Assembly (NCBI GenBank): GCA_000320545.1
Contig: ADNK01003345.1
Span: 1-64,000 of the forward strand
Reading direction: 5' to 3'
Length of the DNA stretch: 64,000 bases
Source of the DNA: Bigelowiella natans CCMP2755
Lineage: Eukaryota; Protista; Cercozoa
Shown: one piece after another, positions 51,516 to 64,000 of the stretch
Layout of the letters: each line of letters opens with the position of its first letter
How positions within the stretch are numbered: position 1 is the stretch's first letter
Made by a program: the position numbers and the translations under genes
The notes under the pieces: model-generated
Told to the model about the DNA's origin: nothing
What the model saw: only the letters and a program-made list of their open reading frames with translations
Databases searched by the model: none

Positions 51516-51865
51516 TATTATCATCATTGTCAATGAGAGGACACGCATGCATTTTTGCAATCATGACGATGATGTCTCATTCCACCTTTGACCCTTTGAG
51601 TTTGCGCGTGGTGAATTCTTGGCATCTGCCACTCATCGGATGAGTCGCTCGTCTAGAAAGGCAACAGCATCATCAGTGTGTAACAAAAACAAGCCTACAA
51701 ATTGTTGTCATCACTGCACACACGATAAGCTTCATCAAATTGTGTAGATGCCTTTCACTACAAACAACATCCAATCATTGCAGAGAACAAAAAGAAATGC
51801 ATTTGATTCTGACCTTCCCCCAAGTATGAGCACGAAAAACTTTTTGATGGCTCTGAAATGATGCA

Positions 51866-52567
51866 TCACATGTCAAAAACCATGCATGCTAGGAATGGAA
51901 GGCAATGTTCAGGTTGGGATTTGTCTTCTTCCTCTTCTGTCGAATTAGACACTGTGCAGGGACAATGCGGGCTAACAATGATGATGGTGAGTGAAATAGT
52001 GATTGGCAGGTTTGTCGTAGGCTTTGGAAAGAGATGAATCACATAAGTGACGCGCAGTATACCTTTGTCCTAATTTTGTTCGGCTGACAGCAAATCCAAC
52101 GAACAGAATTGGAACACCTTAACACACACACACACACACACACATCCATCATGAAGAAGCCCAATGTGAACAATGTGACGATGATTTGTTGATGTGAGCG
52201 CATTCATTACCAAGGAAGAATATGAGGTGAGGAATTTCTTGTGCAGGATGATAAAATTCAAATCCTGTCAAAATATCATCATGATCATCATCGTTATGAT
52301 CACATGGGCTGACACATGTCACCATCATCATCATCACCATCATCATTCTCATGGTCATCACAATGACAAACACATCATTACCTTCAGGGCCTAAATCAGC
52401 TTCCATCGTTTCGTGGAAAGCTTTATGCAGGCCCTTTGACTGCAATTGTACATCCTGGTGAATGGGTGAATGGATGAATGGAAGAAAACAAGCAAGCGAC
52501 TTCATAGTAGTTTGTAAGTAAGTAAGCAAGCTCTCTAATGTGCACTTTAAACTTGTCGCAGAAAGAG

Positions 52568-52608
<41 letters not shown>

Positions 52609-53346
52609 ATTTTCACGCATTCACATATCTACATACCGCTTTCCAATGACTCGTCAACGGAAGAAGATGCACATAAATATTTCGTAGTACCCATTCGAAC
52701 TGAGTGTTAAGATTGAGAATTTAGATATAGAGATCCTTTCTCTAATGCGATTACATGTAAGGTAGACTTACAGGCCATGGTAGATCAAATCTCGGGATGT
52801 CGCAGAATAGGATAGCTCGAGACCTTAAGGTGATGATGATGATTGAAATGGCTATAATGCCGACGATGTTGACAACGATGTTAATGATGATCTTAATGGC
52901 GATCACCTATTTACTCTGTTTTGCACATAATGCAGATATCCATCATCAAAAAGAAGGTCTTCTCCATTTGTCCACTCCATTCTAACATGTCATTTGAAAA
53001 TAGCTGCACGTTGTTGTTTCATGTGTAACGTTTGATATGTGATGGGTGTAAATTATGTGCTATGCTCTTCTATACAATGCATGAGATGCGAGTTCACGCA
53101 TCATTATTTAATTTCATTTGTCAAGTATCATTATGAAGGTAAGCGGTCCTCAGTGGTGATAATGAATGATGCATGTATTAGTAGTAGACAAAATGGGGTG
53201 GTGACCATGATAACAACAACAAAAACTGCAACAATAATGATGATGATGATGATGATAATGATGGAGATGGTATGACGTTTGGCAACGAAAAAGAATATGA
53301 TTGTAACGATACTAATTTAAAGAATATCATAAGATGATAATGATGG

Positions 53347-53377
<31 letters not shown>

Positions 53378-54485
53378 TACCGAACAGGTTCCATCTGCTT
53401 CGAAATTTCCTCCTTGTACACTTTGAACCCATTTTGGACATCGAGAAATACTTCCCTATATTTGTATGTGAGAAGAAAACAAAACGAAAATACTCTTTTT
53501 ATTATTTTCATCGTATATTATCATTATCTTTAGATTCTCCACACCGTCGTCGCAAATAACAATCATAAATCACGATCATCATTATTATTGTCATAATCAT
53601 AGCAACGATAATAATCGTGTAAAATGATGGGGAATCTGACCTGTGTTTTCTGAAAGGCCATGATCCTAGCATTCCTCCCCTAAATGGAATTTTATCGTAT
53701 ACACCTGGAATAATTAATGATGACGGCGAAAGTGAGGTCTAGTTTGATAGAATGATATGAACGATGATAAAAGGGGATGGTTGGTTACCCAAATGAACAG
53801 GAGCAAATCTTCCTGTTCCAACAATAGGCTTCCCAAATTCCTTCTCTGACGATATTAAATAAAGTGTGTACGCACGTTTGGTATTGTTTGGATATATTTC
53901 TTCATGAACATTTGTGTCAAAATTACGTGCTTTATAGTGATACCGCTACTAATAATACTACTATTAATACTACATATACTACTACCACCTGAGTATTCAG
54001 GTATATCAATCGCTAAATGGTATCTGATATATCGTTACGAATAGGAGAAACAATAACCATCATTATCATCATATCAACATCATCATCATCATCATCAGAT
54101 AACTGATCTTCGTTGTTTTTAATTGGGTTTGACTTAGTGGTAAAGTGTGTACAAAGCAGCAGCAGAACCTTAATATGCCTTTAAACTCTCCATAGTGGAG
54201 TCCTATTTCTTTTCCTACAACGGAGAGAACGACGTGTGGGAGGTGGGTGTTACATTGTGATGATGATAAGACCACATACAAAACACATCATATAATAATA
54301 ACGAACCTGGTCCTACGATCGAAATCATCGCATGGACAATTGGGGTGGGTCGGATAAGATCTAGAGTCTGAAGATCATGATGCAGACGATGATGATAATG
54401 ATGATAATAATGATAGTGATTATAATAAGATGTTATTGTTGATGATGATAGACACGACAATGATGATAGTAAGGATTTAATGACA

Positions 54486-54521
<36 letters not shown>

Positions 54522-54857
54522 GTGATGAAGCACCTTGGGGAAATACTTCTTTAAATTGATATTATCCCTTCCCCCATGATAAAATGTAACTTGGTTCCAA
54601 TTTGGACGCCCGTATAGATTCGACTAAGCACACGTTACACACACGCGCGCGCGCACACAACGATACACACACAATACACATTTACATACCACATAACACA
54701 CACACACACACACACACAGACAGACACAAACACAACACAAACAGAACACACACAACATACACCACATTCACCTACCCATAATAGCAAATCTGCATTATTC
54801 TTTAATGCCATGTATTCGTCTCGAATCACTAAATATCCATATGATAATAAAGTAATA

Positions 54858-54890
<33 letters not shown>

Positions 54891-55557
54891 AATGATCGAT
54901 TTTTAAAAAGGGAAGACTATTCGATAGCATCATCATCAAAATTTAATTATCGGTTGACCATGCCAGTTATCCCTCAGATTCTGAGTCCACCAATTCACAC
55001 GTGGATCGCTACAGAACACAAACAATGATAACTATCCCTCAGATTCTGAGTCCACTAATTCACACGTGGATCGCAATAAAACACAAACAATGATGACTAG
55101 TCCAAGTCGCTACAGAGTCTACAATGATGGTGATGGTGAGGTGATGTAAGTACAACCTAGTGCTCCATACGCCATCATTCGGACTAATATACCATAGAAA
55201 CGAGTTGATTATATTGCCTGGAGGAAGATGATAGAAAAAACAATCTATCATACTCCTCGCAACACTTGTCTGAATGGGGGTAAAACAAAAATCACCTGCT
55301 TCGACAATCTCAGATATGACATGTCGTCACACCGACATATCATCCTCTCATAGCATGTATCACACATCAATTTCTCATGCATCGTCACACATTCTTATTA
55401 TAACCACAATTCACACACCGCATCACCCAAGTCTGAACCTTGAACGTTTTTTCCATTGAGAAACAGCATCACAGTCTTAAATAATAAACCTCTGCGCGTG
55501 TATGTGTGAAATATGTGTATGCGTGCAGTATGTGTATTTGTGTGCGTATTTTTGCGC

Positions 55558-55591
<34 letters not shown>

Positions 55592-55698
55592 ATGGTTATT
55601 AGCGGTGTATGTAAATAGGAGGGAGGAGTGCATGTGCGTGCGAGAGCCCATACATGGCACTGTGTGTTTGTTTGTGGGGTGTGTATCTTCGTCATTAT

Positions 55699-55737
<39 letters not shown>

Positions 55738-56202
55738 TCCAATCTGAATGTTTCTTTTTCTGCCTATCTGTGTCATAGTGCTGTGCTTTTTATTGAAATA
55801 TGAATACTTGTTATCCGGGTCATATGAATTCCAGTCGGTATATAAAGGGGCTACAATTATGGTGATATGTGTATGACCATCATACACAGTTTGTATTGTA
55901 GTACAATGTGTACATTTATCTGTGTGGTATGATAGTTACTTATGCACGTCAAAGCTATAATGATACAAGACCAGAGTAGAGTCGTGTAGAGCATCCACTT
56001 GCATATTCTGATCAAAACTTCGTAAGACACACTTCCAAAAAATCTAATGTTAGCACTTAAACCCCCTCGCCCCCGCCCCCATAACCTCCCACACATAACA
56101 CTCAATATACATTCTTAAGATGCATATAGTTGTGATTCGTATCCGTTCCATTGACAAAAAGTTGCCGCCTCGTGAGGGGAAAGAATCTGTAGCATCACCC
56201 AT
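51866..56202 (-). CDS. Aspartyl/asparaginyl beta-hydroxylase-domain protein (2OG-Fe(II) dioxygenase) with hydrophobic segments; ends approximate
   Basis: Spliced exons AMISIVGP-GKEIGLHYGEFKGILR-YHLAIDIPE and MEWTNGEDLLFDDGYLHYVQNRVN-SRAILFCDIPR match the AspH pattern (..PG..I..H.G....LRYHL..; W..G....FDDS..H.V.N....R..L..D). Confidence 0.82.
54969..55097. repeat. About 65-bp tandem duplication
   Basis: ATCCCTCAGATTCTGAGTCCAC(C/T)AATTCACACGTGGATCGC...AACACAAACAATGAT x2. Confidence 0.85.
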
Positions 56203-56629
56203 GACTCAATGTTTTGTTTGGCTGATCCCCACAAAGGGCAATGAGGCAATTGGAAGAATACGAGGAGAAATTTTAGTTAAGGAAGTTGCATGCTATTTTC
56301 ATTATGCGACAACAAATCATCGATGTAAGGATACTATTTTCATCCTACGACATCATAAATCTATAAAAACAGCAAAACCCTCCATATTTATCTCGGCACG
56401 GAGAATTTCTCTGAAAGAATTCGCCGAAGCGGGTCGCGGACTCCAGACCGAGCTTTGGAATAAACACAAATAATATTCGAAAATTTTATAATTAGGTGTA
56501 TATTACAAAATTACGACATGGAATGAATGTTGTCTCTACTCAAAAACAAAAGGGTTTTCAACTAGCTTTACATCACTGTCAACACTTACTTTACCAAGAA
56601 GCTAACCCCACCTCAGACAAGCATTCAAG

Positions 56630-57379
56630 ATGGCTCTCGTCGTGGATGCAAAGGACTTCTCCCACATGCACCGTATCCTGGGAACTAACATTGACGGTAA
56701 CAGGAAGGTCCCTTTTGCACTCACCAAGATCCGTGGTGTTGGCCGCCGATTTGCCACCCTAGTCTGCAAGAGTGCCGATATCGATATCAACAAAAGGTAA
56801 TTCAAGCCATGATGTTCCAACCATGATTTTAGTATTATTTGGGAAGCAGCGGGTGGGATGAATGGTGCTATACTTAAGCTGAAACAGTTGTCCAACAAGA
56901 TTATGTGCATGATGTTGCGGAGGTTCAGAGACCGAGGGATTGCATGCATAAAATACTTAGGAGAATGTAAGAATGTAGTTCCAAGAATGTAGCTTCTGGT
57001 TGGGAGACGTTGTATTTCATGTTCATTAATGCGGATGACTATGCGACATGACTAACCTATACAAATGTTTTTTATCAGGGCGGGAGAACTCACCAGTGAT
57101 GAGATCGATCAGATTGTGACTATTCTTCAAAACCCCGACCAGTTCGACATTCCAGACTGGTTCCTCAACAGGCAACGTGATCGCAAGACCAACAAGATGA
57201 TGCAGTGCGTTTCCAATGAACTCGTACAGAAAATGCGTGAAGACTTCGAGCGTATGAAGAAGATTCGTCTCCACAGAGCTCTTCGCCACATCTGGGGTAT
57301 TAAGGTCCGTGGACAGCACACGAAGACCACCGGACGTAAAGGAAGAAACTTGGGTATTCCTGGCATTGTTTGTAAGTAA
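56630..57379 (+). CDS. RPS18: 40S ribosomal protein S18 (uS13); exons 56630-56796 and 57079-57379
   Basis: [83 protein letters not shown]; phase-2 GT-AG intron. Confidence 0.97.
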
Positions 57380-58568
57380 AGAAGTTGTGTAAGCGACCTT
57401 CAAGTAAATGCCAGACACCTTTGTCAATCCACCCCCGCCGCTTCCCTCCGCATCTGCCATAACCACCTTTCCATCTAGCAGCGGGAATATTCCTCAACTT
57501 AGAATCTGCATTTCCTTCTTGGCAAAAGGGTGCTCTGTGTTACCTTCGTGCAGACTAGATGCACGCAGCATTTGCGAATGATGATTGTACGCGAGTATGT
57601 TATAATCCCATTCTCCCTTCTGAGAGAATGTGGTTTTGAACAAGATTTGCCACCATCATTCAAAATCAACTGCCTCCTGTGATATTTTTAAATTTGAGAT
57701 GCATTAACTTTTACAAAACTCCCCTCTCTCTCTCCCTCTCTCTCTTTTCCTTAAGAATGGGTTCCCTTAATTTATCATGACAAAGTGCACCACAAACTCA
57801 CTTCTCGCTTGCACTATCTGCTCCCTCAATAATCTTATCTTTAGTCCACATCCTCCGTTCCACTTCTTTCTCTTTCTGTTTTTTCTTTCCTCCTCTTCAA
57901 TTCTATTCTCCCGGTGTTATTTCTGCTTCCCTCTGTTGTTTTTTTCGCTCTTCCGAAAGCAATGTACATGTCACATTGTGGCGGCATACTATACATCCTA
58001 CGATAATAACATATAGCTTGCGCTTATATCTAACATGTACTGATACATCTCTAGTCTCGTCTATGTGGATGAGCACGCACATATATTAGCTGTGCGATGC
58101 AGATTTGGACGCGTGTATTTGCAGCCATGCAAGCGCACGCATGTGCATCGGATATGGATTCGTCATCAACAATTTATATTCATCGTGACGTAGTCTCTAG
58201 CTATTTCGACTTTCGATCGTCATGTTTTTATTCCTGCCCAATTACATTATGCTGATCTTGGCAAGCAGTACCCATATGAGGCGCTTCGTGCATGCAAGTA
58301 GGGATCGTAGCTAGGCAATTGTGGAGACATATTTTTGCGCATGCGCTGTGCTAGAATTCATCATTATATATATGAGATTATGAGCTAGGCGGATGGCATG
58401 GCAACAATCGCGATGGAGCCGATCGAAGATTATTTGCCGAGTGCATGTACATTGTGATGGCTCTGTTACGACATTCGTAGCACAGCAAACACGCTAGCAC
58501 GGACCCAGCTAGTTCCAAAGTGCTACATTAGCACCCTGTTTTTCCATTCTTATTACGTTCCTCCTTCA

Positions 58569-59624
58569 TCAAAAGTCATAATTATTTGCATCGTTACGAT
58601 CCACATTCGCTTTTCCGATGGAAGAAGAGTTGATGGCACCACTGCCTTGAATGCTTCCAGCCGCCACCTTCAGATCGTCGTTGACGATGCTGCCTGGAAC
58701 TTTCGCCCCAGCAGGGAACATGTCGTCATCATCACCCTCTTCAGCATCGTTCGACAGAAAGGCCTTTTTCTCTTCGTTGTCTCCATGCTCTTCTTCTTGC
58801 TCCCCTTCCCCTACAAGGCTTCCTTCTTCATTTGGGCGTGCGTCCGGGATAAGGTAAGGTAGCAGTACGAGCGGTAAGCATGGTAGTATAGAAGTGATAA
58901 GTGCGACTAGCCAGAGGTTCTTGAATTGATCTCCTTCATCAGTGGACCCATTGGGCCGCACGCCCATGACGTCTAGGAGGAACGCTCCTGAGTAGTTTGA
59001 TATGTTGCTTCCGAGATTCGAAGCAGAAGCGAGAAGAGCAAACATCGTCGCCTCGAGTCCCTTGGGGCATAGTCGCGACAAAATCATGACGGCTGGCATA
59101 TAGTTGAATTCCTTAATCACAGTCTGAAGTGCCGCCGAGCCTAGGACGAAGACACGATCAGATAGCCCCCATTGTTTGTTCCATCGAAGGAAGACGATGA
59201 TGTTGAAAAGGGACAATCCAGAGTATACCAATGTAGACCAGAGGAAGATCGTTCGGTATTTCATGTTGCTCAAGTAGCGGTTGAAGATGAAGATCCCAAT
59301 GATTGCCGTACCAGAAGCAACAAGTCCTATAGCAGTGGTGTAGAACCAATCGGAGAAATGGGGGCCTTCCGGATACTGCTGGGGACCATCTGTGAAAAAA
59401 TAAAAAGTGGCTCCCTCGATAGACATTGAAAAAAGCGTCTGGATCAATGTGTAAGCGTTCACTTTCGCAATAATCGGTGGTGTCCAGCGAAAGAAGCCTA
59501 AATGAAGAAGATATTCAAGAGTTATTGATGCTACATAAAGATTGACTAAAAACCATCCACGATCAACAGAACTAGATATGGCGCTCATTGTCTCTTCTCT
59601 CCTTTCTTTCAGATAACCCCCCCC

Positions 59625-59671
<47 letters not shown>

Positions 59672-60973
59672 GCTACATGAGTGTAAATATAAATTTATAC
59701 ACATACATACATGTGTGCACATATTATAAAGTATCATATGCTCACTTATATTTTAATATATCAATCCTCCCCGCCCCCCCCGTAACTACTACGTACCTAG
59801 GATAGTGATGAAACCGCACATGAGAGCAAGAATGAGGTTAAAACGGATGTTCTTAAACCAGACACCAGATTGGGCCAAACCCAAACTGAGGACAGTAATA
59901 AGAATGGCCAGGTATGTGTAGTCGGAACCCCTTGTCCTCATCACAGTACGATTGTATTGTATGCATTGGTTTCCTCCGCGCACGCGCTTATCATCCAGAG
60001 CGTTCATCACCACGGGAATAGTGCCCAGAAAGATCTGGTTGATGAGAATAATGATGATGATAATGACCACGAGGAACACAACAATTCATCATCCATAAAG
60101 TAGTGGTAGTTGTAGTAGTAGTAGTGATAAAATACTACCGGTATGCAGCATATTGCAAAGACATAACGTGATCCCAGGCGCTCGATAACAATCCCCACTG
60201 TGCCAACTGCTAGTAACGACATGCATGACATCCCCCCCCAGATGTAAGATACAAGATCCGCGTTGATGGATGGGTGCTGCTGGATCTTCTCAGAATATTT
60301 CGCCTCAACAAGAAGATCATTCAATGCAATGTGCATCTGCGCAGCAAAGAGACATGAGAGTCCCACTCCAATTGAAATCTGGTTGACAGGTGTCGTCCCA
60401 ATGGCTGCCAGAGCTATTATTGCACAGAAGGAAGTCGTGAGCATGTATGGAATTTTGTGATACCCAAATAATGCTATCGTGTCACTCCCGATTCCCATGA
60501 GACCCTTCAAGGCCCATGGTGTCATTACAACTGACAAATAAATCTGAAGTGTAGATGCATCTATACCGCCCCGGTCACGGAAGTAGAATGAGATAGTGTT
60601 GTTGATGTATGATTGTACGAGGCCTTTTTGAAGGTGCTGAAAAAAACGGGAATATAAATTCATCAGTTTTTGAAATAGTAACGATTCAGATTAGCTTGGG
60701 AGATCAATCCTATGGTATTTATTGAACAAAGCTTCTGATATACTTACATCACCCACATACACAGAGGCAGAAAGAGATATTACTAAATGTGTTGAGCACA
60801 CGTTGTACCTGTACAGCGAAGATAGTTACAAGCAAGCCTGTTGTTGCAGTCTTCGAAAGCTCAATAATCCATGTTACGAAGTAGCTGATTCCAAATACTG
60901 ACCAGTAGCATGGATTATACTTCCAGTAGATAGGTAACTCTCCCCTTTTTGTCTTGCTCTGTGAATCATCCAT
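58569..60973 (-). CDS. BT1-family folate/biopterin transporter (MFS), multi-exon
   Basis: PWALKGLMGIGSDTIALFGYHKIPYM, DLLVEAKYSE, FYFFTD, MPAVMILSRLCPKGLEATMFALLASASNLG. Confidence 0.92.
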
Positions 60974-61927
60974 CGCCTTCTCAGCCGAGAACTTCTTTCG
61001 AATGAAGGCTCTAAACTAGTACTACGAAGAATGGAATCCCTACACGCTACGGTCAAGGAATCGCCTTCGAGATCCTGATCTAGCTATGAGGAAGCCAACA
61101 ACGGCGAGCGATGCAACGAGAGGCGGAAATGAGAACAGTTTAAGATCCAATAAGAACACATTGTAAAGTTGGACATGTTATTATTGAATATATTGTACTA
61201 CTATCCATATCATACGACATGCAAATTATAGAATTATTTCCACATATAGTAAAATTTTGCTTTTATAGACTCGGCATGAGGTCTTGATTTATTGCGAAAA
61301 AAATTCGATGGGTGTTTCTTTTGTTAATTTATACAAATTGCCATGTCTTATGTGATTTATGGCATCCATCCATCCTAAAACAACAATGATAAGTTTTTTG
61401 AATACAAAAGCCTCCTTTGATTCGCATGTCGCTCATCATGAGGCTGGTCATCCAACAGTTTAAAACCCCGTATTTATTCTTACGACATGAACTTATGCAT
61501 GTCGTATTACTCGATTTAAATAAAATTATCAGCTGTCCAAAAATTGTACCAAGAATTACTGAGTTGAGGAATAATTCCAGGCGTTATATCTAACGGCCTA
61601 ACCACCTACGAGCGTTACCTAGGAACCCTACGACTACTCCCAATCCCCCCACCTATACAGTCGTAGCTTCTTGTTCCTGTCTGATTTCAAGAACGGGAAG
61701 ATTTAATACAACCCAAAAGCCCTCACTGCTATATACCCTAGTGCATTAGAGGTACAGCCTCCCGTCCCATTGCTTTGCGTGAAAAGACCTTTTCTCACCC
61801 TGCTGTAAATGAATGCAACTTCCGTCAAAAACTATGATCCCATGTGATCCATGCTTTGTGCTCGGTATTACTGTTGCGTAGGAGCTCGCCGTATCTATTT
61901 TGTATAGAGAAACCCAGGGTATCTGCT

Positions 61928-62117
61928 ATGAGTAGTGATATAGCTAATGCCACAAAGCTGCCGCAAGGTCTCCGGCCTGAACGCGCTATTATCCACACTC
62001 TCCATACCAATGGTAAATGGACGAAGAAGTCGACTCAAGTTGCAATAGAAGCAAAACCTTTTGCTGAAGGTTTGTAGTGAATAGTGAGACAAGCCCATGT
62101 TCATGTTTACGTATGTG

Positions 62118-62153
<36 letters not shown>

Positions 62154-62454
62154 AGAGTTTCTGCTAGTAAGGATATGCTCTATATCAATTAACAATAAAC
62201 TTGAAAATATCTCTAGATAGACATGGTAATTTACAACATTTACAGGATCATTTAGAAGAGCATACATATCGTATCTACTGCGAGACAATCAGTGGCAAAA
62301 GTTTGTGTGTAAATTTGCCAAGGACAAGAACACACCGAGGCAGCTTTATTTCAAAGGTAGAGACTTTCTCCATGACCACAATGTGTGACAACCTTAGCGG
62401 CAAATGAAATATTTTTCCTTCCGATACAAACACACACACACAAACACCAACACA

Positions 62455-62491
<37 letters not shown>

Positions 62492-63973
62492 CACATACAT
62501 TGTATGCATTACAAATAACAGACATCGAGGCACAGGTGTTCGCAATGGTGTGGGCCAAAAAATACAACAAGTACGATCCTCCCAAAAGAGTGGAATTTGC
62601 ACTTTGCTTTGTACTGGTGGGTGCACATCTTCTCTTATACTCCATGCTTCAAAGTGACGTATCAGTAAACTGCATAGTCCTGCTAAACATATGACTTTGG
62701 CCCAATGACATCAATGTTTGAAAATATTTAACTTTTAAATTATAGTTGCTATAAGTATTAAATGTACTTTAGTAGTAATGATGGTGGTGATAGTGGTGAT
62801 GGTAGTGGTAGATTTGCATCGAAAAAGTGACTGTATATATTCCTGAATTAGGAACTAGTAGACCGCCCCGGACGACCTGTATGTGGTTCAGAGATTTACA
62901 TCAGTGGCCAATTCATGAAACACAACAACAATGTTGGTGCCGTTTGTACAGGAGGTAAGTAAGAGAGGTTAAAGAGGAGTGACTCTCTCTACAACAAGCA
63001 CATAATCCACACATTCACGAATATACCTAACAAGAAAGGTAGAGAGAATGGTCATGTTGTATATGATAAAATCACGACTGTATTAAATGGTTGTTAACAT
63101 TGTGTTGTGCTATGCTACTTGCAGCAGCGGGAGGGCCTGCAGTTGAGCCCGCTGTCGAAATGGATAGGAAGACAGCACAGGCATTCAGCCACTTCACTTA
63201 CGACGCCTCGCAAGGGCAGATATTGATTTGTGACATTCAAGGTGGAGAACCGCGCTCTTTTCCCCATTTAGTATCATATTTAATAGCAGCAGGCAGAAAC
63301 ACACATGCACATTTCACCTTAAATAAGAGAGCAGATCAGAACGACGTTGTCACTTGCAGGTGTCCAAGGCATCTATACAGACCCACAAATCCACACTGTG
63401 AACGGGAAGGGATTTGGAAGTGGTAATTTAGGACATACAGGTATCCGAGCGTTTCTCCTCCGCCATGTATGCAACGAAGTGTGCCGTGCAGTAGGGCTGG
63501 AGAAGATCCAGGCTAAAGCACTGTCATCAGGAAAGGTAGTCGATCGTAAAGGTGCGTCATTCAAATTTACGACGTTATCAGACGGGACAAATAAGCAGCA
63601 ACAGTCCAGCATAGTACCCCGTGGTCAGAGCAAAAGAAGCATGACGAGCTCTACTTCTTCCTCGTCATCAATATTGACAAACCATACATCAGCCGCTGCT
63701 GGTAACACCAGCGCCTCAAAGAGAACAGCAAAGAGCTCCAATGGTGCCAGCAATATTCAGAGTCATTCAGTAACATCTTCTGTATCGTTACCGAACCGAC
63801 CCTCGTTATCATCATCGTCGAAATCTATAGAGGAATCCAGGACAAAGTCAACGGCTACAGCATCTCTTACAATACAACCACCGCCTCGTAACAAGGACAC
63901 GCGTAGCCCTAGCATAATGGACGAGGCAGATGAAAAGCTGATGAATTCGATATTAAATGGGCTTTCTATGTAG
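61928..63973 (+). CDS. Alpha-kinase (eEF2K/MHCK-type catalytic domain) with Ser-rich tail, multi-exon
   Basis: KPFAEG, WAKKYN..PPKRVEF, EIYISGQFMKHNNN, QAFSHFTY, ICDIQGV..YTDPQIHT..GFGSGNLG..GIRAF..HVCNEVC. Confidence 0.93.
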
Positions 63974-64000
63974 TACAAGCTAGTTGGCAAATGCGCATTC

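Noticed and set aside
51866-56202. The 2OG-Fe(II) dioxygenase as the enzyme modifying island DNA
   Set aside because: Its motifs are AspH-type with membrane segments, not TET/JBP or AlkB; proximity alone is not evidence.

Overview
Eukaryotic nuclear DNA from an intron-rich, microsatellite-rich, probably flagellated protist. The taxon cannot be determined from sequence alone. Gene order: 3' half of a Ty1/copia LTR retrotransposon (+, 1-2829); CFAP70 (-); a dually acylated EF-hand protein (+); REV3, the Pol zeta catalytic subunit, greatly expanded by homopolymer runs (+); POLD3/Pol32 (-); a Cys-containing LRR protein (-); an Asp/Asn beta-hydroxylase-domain protein (-); RPS18 (+); a BT1 folate/biopterin transporter (-); an alpha-kinase (+). 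The main unexplained signal is four 0.7-1.5 kb islands (cores 3050-3731, 17834-18546, 40650-42164, 50673-51515) in which the dinucleotide TpA is almost absent. By manual count they hold 18 TpA in about 3750 nt, 15 of them in CTAG, while AA, TT and AT stay abundant. All three head-to-tail gene junctions in the window carry an island. None of the five convergent or divergent junctions does. At those three junctions the edge is sharp at the downstream gene's start and fades into the upstream gene's 3' end. This looks like a position-targeted, context-specific T:A>C:G (TA>TG/CA) mutational or base-modification system, opposite in direction to fungal RIP. Other points of note are a 32-pentamer in-phase heat-shock-element array and the adjacency of two Pol zeta subunit genes. 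Exon boundaries of multi-exon genes were spliced by eye and are approximate.
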